Assembly (NCBI GenBank): GCA_027118455.1
Contig: JAJAYZ010000067.1
Location: 6,987-70,986, forward strand
Length of the DNA stretch: 64,000 nt
Origin: Actinomycetes bacterium
GTDB lineage: Bacteria; Actinomycetota; Actinomycetes; JAHEKZ01
Direction of reading: 5' to 3'
Shown: positions 1 through 10,023 of the stretch, piece after piece
Position numbering within the stretch: position 1 is the stretch's first letter
Layout of the letters: each line of letters opens with the position of its first letter
Notes under the pieces: model-generated
What the model saw: the letters and a program-made list of their open reading frames with translations, nothing else
The model's database searches: none
Told to the model about the DNA's origin: nothing
Translations under genes and position numbers: made by a program

Positions 1-570
1 GAGCGCCCCCTGTGGGACTTTCCGGATGGAACGCTTAGCAAGCGGGAGGTAGCGGCCTTCGTCGTTGCGGAGTCACTGGGCTGGTCGATCGTCCCGCCGA
101 CCGTATGGCGCGAAGGTCCGGTTGGCCCCGGCATGGTGCAGCTCTGGGTGGATATCGACGAGAGTGTGGATCTGGTGGCACTCGTCCAAAGCGATCACGA
201 AGCGCTTCGGCGCATCGCGGTCTTTGACGCGCTCATCAACAACGCCGACCGCAAGGGTGGTCACCTGCTCCCCACCGCTGACGGAATGATCTGGGGTATC
301 GACCACGGAGTCTCGTTCGCCGTCGACGACAAGTTGCGGACCGTGCTGTGGCAGTGGCGCGGCCACCGCATTCCTCCGCCCCTGGTCAACGAAGTACGAG
401 AGTGGCTCGGCCGGATGGAGTCAGGCGACGGCGTGCGGGGCGTCCTTGCGAAGCTCCTCGTCGCCGACGAGATTGACTTGCTCCTCCGGCGCGGCCACCA
501 GTTGGTAACCGATGGACACCACCCACAGCCCTCACCCGACTGGCCAGCGATCCCTTGGCCACCGTTCTGA
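1..570 (+). CDS. SCO1664-family protein (PI3/4-kinase-like), 5'-partial; the reading frame is open from window position 1
   Basis: Frame 1 is open from nt 1 to the stop at 568-570. The translation resembles the conserved kinase-like protein encoded next to mshC in Streptomyces. Adjacency to mshC supports the call. Confidence 0.55.
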   Translation, partial: ERPLWDFPDGTLSKREVAAFVVAESLGWSIVPPTVWREGPVGPGMVQLWVDIDESVDLVALVQSDHEALRRIAVFDALINNADRKGGHLLPTADGMIWGIDHGVSFAVDDKLRTVLWQWRGHRIPPPLVNEVREWLGRMESGDGVRGVLAKLLVADEIDLLLRRGHQLVTDGHHPQPSPDWPAIPWPPF

Positions 571-595
571 AGCATCCCCGCTAGGCTCACGCGTC

Positions 596-1831
596 GTGGA
601 AACCTGGTGTCAGCCGCCCGTGCCTTCGGTCCCAGGTGATGGGCGGGTACTAACCCTGTACGACACCGCTTCCGCAGAGCTCCGGGCCACCTCCCCAGAG
701 GCGACCGCCCGGCTCTACGTCTGCGGCATCACGCCCTACGACGCGACGCACCTCGGCCACGCCGCTACCTATGTGGCCTTCGACCTCGTCCAGCGAGTCT
801 GGATGGATGCCGGCCACAGCATCCACTACGTGCAGAACGTGACCGACGTCGACGATCCCCTTCTCGAACGAGCTGTCGCCACCGGGCAGGACTGGAGTGA
901 CCTCGCAAGAGCCGAGACCGCTCTTTTTCGCGATGACATGACAGCGCTCGGGGTCCTGCCGCCACGGGAGTACGTCGGAGCCGTCGAGTCCATCCCGCTG
1001 GTTGTCGACCGCATCGACGAGCTCCTGGCGTCTGGCGCCGCCTACCGCGTCGACAAGGACATCTACTTCTCAACGGCCGAGGATGCCGACTTCGGCTTCG
1101 TCAGCTCGTACGACCGCGAGAAGATGCTCGCCCTCTTTGCCGAGCGCGGAGGCGACCCTGCGCGTGAGGGAAAGCGCGACGCTCTCGACCCGCTCTTGTG
1201 GCAGGCCGAACGTCGAGGTGAACCGGCCTGGGACACACACTTCGGTCATGGGCGCCCCGGATGGCATATCGAGTGCACCGCGATCGCGCTGCACCACCTT
1301 GGCAACGGCTTCGACGTGCAAGGTGGCGGGAGCGATCTGATCTTCCCCCACCACGAGATGGGTACGTCCCAGGCACACCTGCTCACCGGAGACCGACCTT
1401 TCGCTAGGCACTTTGTGCACGCTGGCATGGTCGGGCTCAACGGACAGAAGATGTCGAAGTCAAAGGGGAACTTGGTCTTCGTCTCTCGGCTTCGCGACGA
1501 CGGCCATGAGCCGATGGCGATCAGACTCGCCCTCCTGGCCCACCACTACCGAAGCGACTGGGAGTGGACCGACGGCGATCTGACCCAGGGGGAAGACCGG
1601 CTGCATCGATGGACGTTTGCAGCCACCGCTGACCGTGGCCCTGCGTCTGGCCCGGTGATCGAGGCCGTCAGGGCAGCGCTCGCTCACGACCTCGACGCGC
1701 CGACCGCCCTAGCGGTCATCGATGCTTGGGCAGAGCGGGTTGCGTCCGGTGCAGGGGAAGACCGCGAAGCTCCTCGACAGATGGCAGAAGCGGCCAACGG
1801 CCTGCTCGGCGTCGTACTGCGCGACGACTAG
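596..1831 (+). CDS. mshC: L-cysteine:1D-myo-inositol 2-amino-2-deoxy-alpha-D-glucopyranoside ligase (mycothiol ligase MshC)
   Basis: Class-I aaRS HIGH-like motif ([19 protein letters not shown]) and KMSKS motif ([10 protein letters not shown]). Strong similarity to M. tuberculosis MshC from MQSWYCPPVP onward. The likely start is GTG at 596 (..ETWCQPPVP); the 512 ATG gives an unconserved N-terminal extension. Confidence 0.9.
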   Translation: METWCQPPVPSVPGDGRVLTLYDTASAELRATSPEATARLYVCGITPYDATHLGHAATYVAFDLVQRVWMDAGHSIHYVQNVTDVDDPLLERAVATGQDWSDLARAETALFRDDMTALGVLPPREYVGAVESIPLVVDRIDELLASGAAYRVDKDIYFSTAEDADFGFVSSYDREKMLALFAERGGDPAREGKRDALDPLLWQAERRGEPAWDTHFGHGRPGWHIECTAIALHHLGNGFDVQGGGSDLIFPHHEMGTSQAHLLTGDRPFARHFVHAGMVGLNGQKMSKSKGNLVFVSRLRDDGHEPMAIRLALLAHHYRSDWEWTDGDLTQGEDRLHRWTFAATADRGPASGPVIEAVRAALAHDLDAPTALAVIDAWAERVASGAGEDREAPRQMAEAANGLLGVVLRDD

Positions 1832-1875
1832 CACCGACTCCTGACACCGTGGCAGTCTGCGTGACCGACACGACG

Positions 1876-2718
1876 TCAGTCGTCGTCCCTCCGGCGGAGG
1901 TAGCGCTCGAACTCTTTGGCAATGGCGTCACCACTTGCTTCAGGAAGATCGGCTGTGTCGCGTGCTTCTTCAAGCGACCGTACGTATTCGGCCACTTCTT
2001 CATCGTCATGGGCCAGCTCGTCGACGCCACGTTCCCATGCCAGCGACTCGTCCTTGAGGTCACCGGGCGGAATGGTGATATCGAGAGCGTCCTCGACGGC
2101 GCGAAGCAGTGCGAGCGTTGCCTTGGGGCATGGTGACTGTGCGACGTAGTGCGGGACCGCCGCCCAGAACGACAGAGTCTCGATGCCGGCCCTGGTGAAG
2201 CCCTCGGTGAGAGCACCGACGATGCCGGTCGGACCTTCGTAGCGGGTCAGTTCGACCCCAAGCCGCTCGGCGATGGCCGGGTCTGACGCGACCGAGGTGA
2301 CCGGGACCGGCCGGGTATGGGGAGTGTCGGCCAGCAGGCTGCCAATCGTGACCACGCGGTCCACGTCAAGCTCGAACGCGAGCCCGATGATCTCGTTGAT
2401 GAAGGTCCGCCACCTCATGCTCGGCTCGATACCGCGCACGACGACGAGATCAGGCCCGCTGGGGATGGTGACCGCGTAAGCCGACGTGGCTGGCCAGCTG
2501 ATCTCTCGAACGCCCCGTTCCCCGACCGAGATGATGGGCCGGTTCACCTGAAAGTCGTAGTAGTCCTCCGGGTCGACGTCGGCGAAGCGCTGGCCAGGGA
2601 ACTCAGCCAGGACGTGGTCGATGAGGCCCGTTGCCGCCTCGGCAGCATCGTTCCAACCCTCGAAAGCAGCCACCAGAACCGGCTGGTTGAGTGGCGGTAG
2701 CCCCTCGAGCTCGATCAT
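1876..2718 (-). CDS. PAC2 (proteasome assembly chaperone 2-like) family protein
   Basis: Conserved actinobacterial PAC2-family sequence (MIELEGLPPLNQPVLVAAFEGWNDAAEA...). The probable start is the internal ATG (MIELEG) rather than the ORF start at 2793. Confidence 0.7.
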   Translation of the reverse strand: MIELEGLPPLNQPVLVAAFEGWNDAAEAATGLIDHVLAEFPGQRFADVDPEDYYDFQVNRPIISVGERGVREISWPATSAYAVTIPSGPDLVVVRGIEPSMRWRTFINEIIGLAFELDVDRVVTIGSLLADTPHTRPVPVTSVASDPAIAERLGVELTRYEGPTGIVGALTEGFTRAGIETLSFWAAVPHYVAQSPCPKATLALLRAVEDALDITIPPGDLKDESLAWERGVDELAHDDEEVAEYVRSLEEARDTADLPEASGDAIAKEFERYLRRRDDD

Positions 2719-2832
2719 CGACCCCTCCTTGCAGATTATGCCAGAGTACGCCGGACGGGGACGGGCTCTGATGGCGCCGCACCGAGGGTGCAAGGTGGCC
2801 GCTGATGAGCGTCTAGGTATCGTGCGTCAACG

Positions 2833-3516
2833 ATGACGACCGGATCTGCTCTTCCCATCGAAAGACCACTGGACGCCGTCCTGTTCGACATGGACGGGCT
2901 TCTGGTCGACACCGAGCCGCAGTGGTTCGCAGCCGAGAGCGCTACCGTAGAACAGCTCGGTGGGACGTGGGGTAAGCAGCAGCAGATCGACCTGCTCGGC
3001 AGCAACCTTCCGGTTGCGGCGAGCTACATGATCGAGTTCACCGGCAGTCGCCTGGACATGCCGACGGTGATGCAGATGCTGCTCGAGAACATGACCGAGC
3101 AGCTGGTCGGCGCCATCACATTCCAGCCAGGAGTTCTGAACCTGCTTGACGCGCTCGTCGCTGCAGGTGTTCCCCTAGCCTTGGTGACATCGTCGGTCCG
3201 GGTGCACGTCGATATGGTCCTGTCTCATCTGTCCAGCCAGCCGTTCCGGTATCAGGTCACCGCTGAGGATGTCGCGAACCTCAAGCCCCACCCCGAGCCC
3301 TACCTCAGCGCTCTCAGCCTGCTTGGTGCGTCGGCGGAACGATCGGTGGTCCTAGAGGACAGTCCAGCAGGAGTTGCCGCCGCAGAGGCGGCAGGTTGCC
3401 ACGTGGTGGCTGTTCCCAGCGTCGTCCCGATCAAACCCGCACCACGACGAGCCGTCGTCGAGTCGTTGACCGAGGTGGACCTCAGGGTGCTCACGGACCT
3501 CGTTACTCGGTGGTGA
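2833..3516 (+). CDS. HAD-IA family hydrolase (beta-phosphoglucomutase-like phosphatase)
   Basis: Motif I DMDGLLVDTE near the N-terminus. HAD core motifs follow (LVTSS..., KPHPEPY, ..EDSPAGVAAAEAAG). Confidence 0.75.
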   Translation: MTTGSALPIERPLDAVLFDMDGLLVDTEPQWFAAESATVEQLGGTWGKQQQIDLLGSNLPVAASYMIEFTGSRLDMPTVMQMLLENMTEQLVGAITFQPGVLNLLDALVAAGVPLALVTSSVRVHVDMVLSHLSSQPFRYQVTAEDVANLKPHPEPYLSALSLLGASAERSVVLEDSPAGVAAAEAAGCHVVAVPSVVPIKPAPRRAVVESLTEVDLRVLTDLVTRW

Positions 3517-6070
3517 CGGCCTTGAGCACGTCAAGCCGGGCCGCCCGGCGCGCTGGCCAGGCTGCTGCCAGGGCACCGACGAGCATGGCGATCACCAGAT
3601 AGAGGGCCAGTGCTGGCCACGGGATCTTGAGCACATCGATCCCCTGCTCAGCCAAGGTGCGCTGAAGGGCCGTGGCAAAAGCCACCCCCAGAACTACCCC
3701 GAGAAGCGCGCCGAAGAGCGCGATGACGATCGATTCGAGCACCACCATCCACCGAACCTGCCAGCGGCTGGTGCCGACCGCCCTCAGCATGCCGATCTCT
3801 CTGGTGCGCTCCAGGACGGACAGGAAGAGCGTGTTCACGATGCCCAGGATGGCGATGATGATGGCAAGACCGAGCAAAGCGATCATCACACCGAGCAGCG
3901 TCTGGACGTTCGACTGCACCTGTTCCTTGAGCTCAGCCTGGCTCTGAACGACAACGCCGGGATAGGACTTCAGGACTTCCTCGATGTTGCCCTTCAGCGC
4001 GTCGAGGTCGGCGCCGTCGTCGGCCTTGACGTAGACGAACGTGTCACCGATCTTGACGCCAGCGTCTTCCAAAGCCTGGTTGGTGATCGTGTACCCGGTA
4101 AAAAACCCAGCCGGTTCGTAAAGCCCAGCCACGTCGAAGGTGGCCCGCCCGCTGGCGAAGGTGAACGTGACCTCGTCGCCGATGGCGAGGTCGGAGTTCG
4201 TAGCCGTTGTGGTGTCGACGATCAGGCCGGTGTTCGACATATCGTCGAGGCCACCTTCGGTGAAGGTCAGGTTGAGGACGTCGGCGATGGTGGAGGGGTC
4301 GACGGTTCCCACGAAGGTCGTCGGTGGATCATCAGACCCCGTTGGGACAGGGATGGAGTCGGCAGCAATCTGCGCTTCGGTGAAGGTGGTGCGGGATACG
4401 ACGGACACGTCTGGCAACTGTTCGATGTCATCGGCAACCGCCCGAGGGTAGGGCCGCTGAGTGTCGGTTGCCACGATGTACTCGGCGCCGATCACCCGGT
4501 CGATAGCTGCGTTGAGGGAAGCGGTGATGGACGACGCGAAAATGGTGAGGGCGCTCACAAGGGCGAGGCCGATCATCAATGCAGAGGCCGTCGCAGCTGA
4601 CCGTCGCGGCTGCCGCGAGGCGTTGTCGACAGCGAGCCTCCCCACGGTGCCGAAGAGGCGCGGCAACGGATACCCAAGGCCCCGTGCGACAGGTGATGCG
4701 AGTACGGGGCTGAAGGTGATCGTGCCGGTCAGGAGCAACAGCACGCCGAGCCCAACCAACGACGCACCGGACGAGCCGCCACTAGAGACACCGGCAACCA
4801 TCGCTCCGGCACCGGCCAGCATCTGGACGGCACCAAGGACAGCGCGCACCGTCAGCGCTTTGGTCGGGAGCGTGGCATCGTCCCTGAGCGCGGCCACCGG
4901 AGGGATCTTGGAGGCACGTCTGGCGGGGAACCAAGCGGCAACAGCTGTGAAGCCGACCCCCAGGGCAATTCCGATCGCAAAGGTGCGTGGCTCCAGCTGC
5001 AGGGGAGTGCTGCCCAAATCGATTCCGAACTTCCCGAAGAACCAACGCAGCAGGAAGACCACTCCGATCCCCATCACACAGCCCAGCACCGAGCCGATCG
5101 CACCCACCACCAGCGACTCACCGAGGATTGCTCGGGTCACTTGTCCTCTTGTTGCGCCGACTGCTCTCAGGAGAGCCAGCTCGCGCGTCCGTTGGGAGAT
5201 CAACATCGAGAAGGTGTTGAGGATCAGGAACGAACCTACGAACAACGCAATCAGGGCGAAGACCAGCAAGATGACGTTGAAGAAAGAGAGCGCCTCGGTG
5301 ATATCTGAGGCTGCTTGATCAGCGGCCTCCGCACCCGTCTGAACGGTGGCCCCGGAGCCTGCCACTGCCGAGACTTCGTCGGCCAGTTCTTGCTGAGTGA
5401 CGCCCTCAGCTGCGACAACGTCGATCTCGGTGTATCGATCCCCGCCGTCCAACAGCAGCTGCTGCGCGGTCGGGGTGTCGAAGGCGGCGATGGTCGCCCC
5501 TGCAAGGTTTCCGCTGGCACCGAAGCGGAAGATCCCCACGAGCTCAGCTTCGATCTCTCCTGTTGGGGTGACCAACCGAATCGTGTCACCGACGACGAGC
5601 TGGCCGTCCTCTGCTGAGACTGAGTCGATGGCGACTTGGTTGGCTCCCTGGGGCCCCGTCCCCTCGACCAACCGGTAGGGGGTCAGCTCCTCGTCGTCGT
5701 TCCAGTTGCTGCCGAACCGCGGCGCACCCTGCTGCCCGATTGGCTCATCGTCGGACCCGACGATGCTGACGCCGTCGGCAAAGACTGCTCCACCAGTCTT
5801 GGCAGCCCCGGGGACAACGGCGATGTCGTCGAGGAGCTTGGGCGAGAGTGTCGCAATTTCGCCGGCGAAGCCCGAGCCATCGAAGTCTGACGGGGGACTG
5901 ACAACCACATCTGTCGTGGTCTGGCCGAAGAGGTCAGTGAACGTTTTGTTGAGCGTGTCGGTGAAGATGTACGTCCCCACCACAAATCCCACACTCAAGA
6001 CGATGGCCAGCGTGGAGAGAACGAGGCGCAGCTTGTGTTGTACAAGACTGCGCCAGGAGGCGCGGAACAT
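3503..6070 (-). CDS. ABC transporter permease, FtsX/MacB-like with duplicated FtsX domains (855 aa)
   Basis: Two blocks of four transmembrane helices, each preceded by a large extracytoplasmic domain. Ends 4 nt from the ATPase gene. Confidence 0.8.
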   Translation of the reverse strand: MFRASWRSLVQHKLRLVLSTLAIVLSVGFVVGTYIFTDTLNKTFTDLFGQTTTDVVVSPPSDFDGSGFAGEIATLSPKLLDDIAVVPGAAKTGGAVFADGVSIVGSDDEPIGQQGAPRFGSNWNDDEELTPYRLVEGTGPQGANQVAIDSVSAEDGQLVVGDTIRLVTPTGEIEAELVGIFRFGASGNLAGATIAAFDTPTAQQLLLDGGDRYTEIDVVAAEGVTQQELADEVSAVAGSGATVQTGAEAADQAASDITEALSFFNVILLVFALIALFVGSFLILNTFSMLISQRTRELALLRAVGATRGQVTRAILGESLVVGAIGSVLGCVMGIGVVFLLRWFFGKFGIDLGSTPLQLEPRTFAIGIALGVGFTAVAAWFPARRASKIPPVAALRDDATLPTKALTVRAVLGAVQMLAGAGAMVAGVSSGGSSGASLVGLGVLLLLTGTITFSPVLASPVARGLGYPLPRLFGTVGRLAVDNASRQPRRSAATASALMIGLALVSALTIFASSITASLNAAIDRVIGAEYIVATDTQRPYPRAVADDIEQLPDVSVVSRTTFTEAQIAADSIPVPTGSDDPPTTFVGTVDPSTIADVLNLTFTEGGLDDMSNTGLIVDTTTATNSDLAIGDEVTFTFASGRATFDVAGLYEPAGFFTGYTITNQALEDAGVKIGDTFVYVKADDGADLDALKGNIEEVLKSYPGVVVQSQAELKEQVQSNVQTLLGVMIALLGLAIIIAILGIVNTLFLSVLERTREIGMLRAVGTSRWQVRWMVVLESIVIALFGALLGVVLGVAFATALQRTLAEQGIDVLKIPWPALALYLVIAMLVGALAAAWPARRAARLDVLKAVTTE

Positions 6071-6073
6071 CGG

Positions 6074-6832
6074 CTACGACCTCCGGCCTTTCGCGTCGAA
6101 GCTCTTCATGCGTTCGAGGACACGGTCAGCCGTTGGGTCGTCCATGTCATCGACGATCTTGCCGTCGGCCAAGAAGATCACCCGGTGGGCGTAGGAGGCA
6201 GCCGTCGGGTCGTGGGTGACCATCACCACGGTCTGGCCGTGCGTGTCGGCGCTGTCCCGGAGGAAGGCCAGCACCTCAGCGCCTGCGCGTGAGTCCAGGT
6301 TGCCGGTCGGCTCGTCGGCGAAGATGATCTCAGGCCGGGTGATCAATGCCCGAGCAGCAGCTACCCGCTGCTGCTGGCCACCGGAAAGCTGATTCGGCTT
6401 GTTCCGTAGCCGGTCCCGCATCCCCACCATGTCGATGATCTCGTCGAGCCACTCCTGGTCAGGCTTGCGGCCGGCGATGTCGAGCGGCAGGGTGATATTC
6501 TCCAAAGCAGTCAACGTCGGGACGAGATTAAACGACTGAAAGATGAAGCCAACGCGGTCGCGCCGAAGCCGCGTCAGATCGGAGTCGCCCAGTTGCGTCA
6601 GATCGGTACTGCCGATCGAGACCGCGCCAGACGTTGCGTCATCGAGGCCGGCACAGATGTGCATGAGGGTCGATTTACCCGACCCGCTCGGTCCCATGAT
6701 CGCGGTAAGGCGTCCAGTGGCGAACTCGACGGATACGCCGTCCAGCGCTCTGACTTCGGCTTCGCCTTCGCCGTAGACCTTGCTCAGCGTGTCTGCGCGG
6801 GCTGCTGCCGTTGCGGGGGCATCGACTGACAT
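6074..6832 (-). CDS. ABC transporter ATP-binding protein (MacB/LolD-type)
   Basis: Walker [13 protein letters not shown] signature [15 protein letters not shown], Walker [14 protein letters not shown]-loop. Confidence 0.9.
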   Translation of the reverse strand: MSVDAPATAAARADTLSKVYGEGEAEVRALDGVSVEFATGRLTAIMGPSGSGKSTLMHICAGLDDATSGAVSIGSTDLTQLGDSDLTRLRRDRVGFIFQSFNLVPTLTALENITLPLDIAGRKPDQEWLDEIIDMVGMRDRLRNKPNQLSGGQQQRVAAARALITRPEIIFADEPTGNLDSRAGAEVLAFLRDSADTHGQTVVMVTHDPTAASYAHRVIFLADGKIVDDMDDPTADRVLERMKSFDAKGRRS

Positions 6833-6936
6833 GTGTGGATCCTCCTGTGCGGTTTCGGTTCACCCTAGAGGCCAGCCGCGTGCGTCGCCGTCGGTGTTCA
6901 CCCTGATCGTGGCCCGAGCCTGACCCTGAAGGGGGC

Positions 6937-7752
6937 TCAGGGCTGGACGGGAGCAGGAACGGGCAACGGGGGAGGGGTGCCGCCCCAGGCAGGGCACAGT
7001 GCCCGGTGGGCGCACCAGTCACAGAGCCGACTCGGATTCGGTTTCCAGTCACCGGTCTCGACTGCCTGTCCGATGGCTGCAGCCAGCGCGACCAGCTTGC
7101 GCTCCATGGCGACCAAGTCGTCTTCATCTGGCTGGTACCGGACGATCTGGCCGTCTCCGAGATAGATCAGCTGCAGGAGACGGGGGACCTCACCGCGGAG
7201 CCGCCACAGGGCGAGCGCGTAGAACCGCATCTGGAACATGGCCTTCTGCTGGAAGGCGGCGCCGGGAGTACGTCCGGTCTTGTAGTCGACAACACGCATC
7301 GCGCCGTCAGCAGCGACGTCGAGGCGGTCGACGTACCCCCGGAGCACCAGTCCGCTCTCGAGCTCAACCGAGAGCGCGAGCTCGCGCTCTGCCGGCTCGA
7401 GCCTGGTGGGGTCTTCGAGCTCGAAGTAGGTGGCGAGGAGCGCCTCGGTGCCGTCGAGCCATTCGGTCGCGAGAGCACCATCGTCGTCGGCGAACGCCTC
7501 GGCCAGCTGCTCGTCCTCGGCGAGGACCTCTTGCCAGACCGATGGCACCAAGGCTGTCGCGGCCTCGAGGGAGCGAGCACCTCTCGGTAGGTCGAAGAGC
7601 TGCTCCAGCACAGCGTGGACGACCGTTCCTCGGGTCGCTGCCTTGCTGGGCGGCTCGGGCAATCGGTCCACCACCCGGAACCGGTAGAGCAGCGGACACG
7701 TCATGAAGTCGCCGGCCCTTGAGGGACTGAGCGACTTAAGTGATGACGACAT
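6937..7752 (-). CDS. RecB-family PD-(D/E)XK nuclease with C-terminal Cys cluster
   Basis: Translation matches the Cas4/RecB-like nuclease fold (..DYKTGR..) and has a C-terminal CDWCAHRALCPAWGG cysteine cluster. The probable start is the internal ATG (MSSSLKSL). Confidence 0.65.
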   Translation of the reverse strand: MSSSLKSLSPSRAGDFMTCPLLYRFRVVDRLPEPPSKAATRGTVVHAVLEQLFDLPRGARSLEAATALVPSVWQEVLAEDEQLAEAFADDDGALATEWLDGTEALLATYFELEDPTRLEPAERELALSVELESGLVLRGYVDRLDVAADGAMRVVDYKTGRTPGAAFQQKAMFQMRFYALALWRLRGEVPRLLQLIYLGDGQIVRYQPDEDDLVAMERKLVALAAAIGQAVETGDWKPNPSRLCDWCAHRALCPAWGGTPPPLPVPAPVQP

Positions 7753-7812
7753 GCCCGCAGCGTAGAGGCAGACACTGACAGGGTTCGCGAACCAGGTCAC
7801 CCCTAGAGTCAG

Positions 7813-8952
7813 GTGGTGACCGACTCACCCCAGCCGACCCGCAGTCGGGCGTCAGCCGAGCCACTGCCCGGGCTCTCGCTCGGCCATCCGTTGGGCGTTC
7901 CCCTGCGACTTGCGTCCTCATGGTTCGTCGGTGCTGCGATCATCACCTGGGTCTTTGCCCCTGTTGTCGAGCGACGCCTCGTGCTCGAGTCGCCATGGAC
8001 CCTGGTTGTCGGCGCCTCCTTCGCGGTGCTGCTGGGCCTGTCAGTGTTGGCCCACGAGATGGCGCATGCCGTCATGGCCCAGCGGCTCGGTCTGCGGGTC
8101 CGTTCAATGACCATTCACCTTCTCGGTGGCGTGACTGTCATGGATGCCGAAACCCGGCGTCCATGGGTCGACTTCGTTGTCGCTGTAGTCGGGCCACTCA
8201 TGTCACTTCTGGTGGGAGGGGTCGCGTGGCTCGGCTACCTGGCTGCTCCGTCAGGAAGTGTCTTCGCGTTCGTCACGTGGCAGTTGATGGTCGCCAACCT
8301 CATCGTCGGCGTTCTCAACCTGGTACCAGCACTTCCCTTGGACGGCGGGCGCCTGCTTCGCGACGTGGTGTGGGCGGCCTCCGGACGCGAGTACCTCGGA
8401 ACCATGGTCGCGGGGTGGACGGGCCGGGTCTTCGCCGTGATCATGGCGTGTTTGGCTGTCGTGCCCTTCATCGGTGGACGTCCGGACATTCTCTGGCTCG
8501 CGTCCGGGCTCCTGCTTGCTGGTTTCGTCTGGATCGAGGCGAGCCGTTCGCTGAAGTACGCCGGCGTCGCACGGGCTATCTCCGGTCTCAGCGCTTCTGA
8601 CCTCCTTCGTCCGGCAGTCTTCGTGTCTCCCGACACCTCTCTCGATGCGGCCCTGCAGCTGCTCAGCGGGGAGCGGACCATGCTGGTCGTGACAGATGCC
8701 GAAGGTGGGGTGAGTGGAGTCGTCCGACCTGAGGCAGCCTTCGCCGTCCCAGCAGAGCGACGCCCCTTGGTTCCGGTCTCGTCGGTGGCGGTCACCCACG
8801 TGGGACGTATCTCGATGGACGCGACAGGTCAGGATCTCGTCGACGTCCTTAACGCAGTCCCAGGCCACGTGTACCTCGTCGAGGACGACCAGCGAACCGT
8901 CTACGGTGTGCTGGTCACCGCCGATGTGGAGGCAGCCCTAGCCGCCCGGTGA
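7813..8952 (+). CDS. M50 (site-2 protease) family zinc metalloprotease with C-terminal CBS pair
   Basis: HEMAHAV zinc-binding motif in a polytopic membrane domain. LDG motif is present. The C-terminal ~120 aa look CBS-like. Confidence 0.75.
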   Translation: MVTDSPQPTRSRASAEPLPGLSLGHPLGVPLRLASSWFVGAAIITWVFAPVVERRLVLESPWTLVVGASFAVLLGLSVLAHEMAHAVMAQRLGLRVRSMTIHLLGGVTVMDAETRRPWVDFVVAVVGPLMSLLVGGVAWLGYLAAPSGSVFAFVTWQLMVANLIVGVLNLVPALPLDGGRLLRDVVWAASGREYLGTMVAGWTGRVFAVIMACLAVVPFIGGRPDILWLASGLLLAGFVWIEASRSLKYAGVARAISGLSASDLLRPAVFVSPDTSLDAALQLLSGERTMLVVTDAEGGVSGVVRPEAAFAVPAERRPLVPVSSVAVTHVGRISMDATGQDLVDVLNAVPGHVYLVEDDQRTVYGVLVTADVEAALAAR

Positions 8953-9009
8953 CCGATGCCGCGCTGAGCCGCCCACCGTGCCCGACCCGTTCAACGAAGG
9001 AGCCCAGCT

Positions 9010-9861
9010 GTGCCGACGCCCGAAGCCTCTGCTGTCGTTGGCAGACCATTTGTGGCGGGAGACCGGGTTCAGCTGAGCGACACCAAGGGCAAGCTGCACA
9101 CCGTCACTCTCGAAGCAGGCAAGCTCTTCCACACCCACAAGGGGGCCATCGCCCACGATGACCTGTTGGGGCAGCCAGAGGGTGTCGTCGTGATATCGAC
9201 AGGAAGCGTCGCCTACCTTGCGCTGCGCCCGCTGCTGTCGGACTTCGTCCTGTCCATGCCACGCGGCGCCGCGGTCGTGTATCCGAAGGACGCCGCGCAG
9301 ATTGTTGCCATGGCCGACATCTTTCCGGGAGCCAGCGTACTGGAGGCCGGTGTCGGTTCCGGCGCACTCACGTGTTCGCTGCTCCGCGCGGCGGGGAGCG
9401 AAGGAGCAGTGCACTCCTACGAGCGCCGCGATGATTTCGCCAAGGTGGCCAGGACGAACGTGGCTTCCTTCTTCGGGACTGAGCCATCGTCATGGACGCT
9501 CACGATCGGCGACCTCGTTGAGGTGATCGACAGCCAGCCCGTCGACCGGGTCGTGCTCGACATGCTTGCCCCCTGGGAGTGCGTTGACGCGACCGCACAG
9601 GTGCTGAGGCCGGGCGGCGTGATCTGTTGCTACGTGGCGACGACGACCCAACTGTCGACGGTCGTGGAGCGGCTCCGCGAGCACGGAGGCTTCACCGAGC
9701 CGGCTTCCAGCGAGACGATGGTCCGGACCTGGCATGTCGAGGGGCTCGCTGTTCGTCCCGACCACCGGATGATCGGGCACACCGGCTTCTTGGTGACCAG
9801 CCGCCGGCTCGCGCCAGGTGTCACGGCGCCAGCACGGCGCCGGCGCCCCGCCAAGGGCTAA
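9010..9861 (+). CDS. trmI: tRNA (adenine58-N1)-methyltransferase TrmI
   Basis: Strong match to the TrmI family (GDRVQL..GKLHTV, VLEAGVGSGALT SAM motif). GTG start. Confidence 0.85.
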   Translation: MPTPEASAVVGRPFVAGDRVQLSDTKGKLHTVTLEAGKLFHTHKGAIAHDDLLGQPEGVVVISTGSVAYLALRPLLSDFVLSMPRGAAVVYPKDAAQIVAMADIFPGASVLEAGVGSGALTCSLLRAAGSEGAVHSYERRDDFAKVARTNVASFFGTEPSSWTLTIGDLVEVIDSQPVDRVVLDMLAPWECVDATAQVLRPGGVICCYVATTTQLSTVVERLREHGGFTEPASSETMVRTWHVEGLAVRPDHRMIGHTGFLVTSRRLAPGVTAPARRRRPAKG

Positions 9862-10023
9862 CCGACGGGCTACCGGCCGTGTTGGTGTCCTGGTCACGGA
9901 CAGTAACTGCCTCGACACGCCGGATTTGTTCCAGGTCTCGCAACGACGTGCCGAGGGTTAGGGTCGGAAGACGTTGTGCCGGTCACTCGGCATGACTCGT
10001 TGGACCCGAGGCGGAGGTGCGCC

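Noticed and set aside
512-595. Upstream ATG start for mshC giving a 439-aa product
   Set aside because: The extension ([20 protein letters not shown]..) is unconserved and overlaps the end of the upstream gene. MshC homology starts at ..WCQPPVP, so GTG 596 is preferred.
4461-5318. Plus-strand 285-aa ORF inside the FtsX permease gene, and similar long antisense ORFs (7006..7590, 8251..8868, 10728..11345, 10972..11751, 13638..14438, 18429..18896, 24007..24804, 24862..25728, 29620..30108, 33388..33963, 36476..36955, 39063..39620, 50209..51051)
   Set aside because: All lie antisense to, or out of frame within, well-supported protein genes and have Arg/Ala/Ser/Pro-biased composition, as expected for open frames in ~70% GC DNA.
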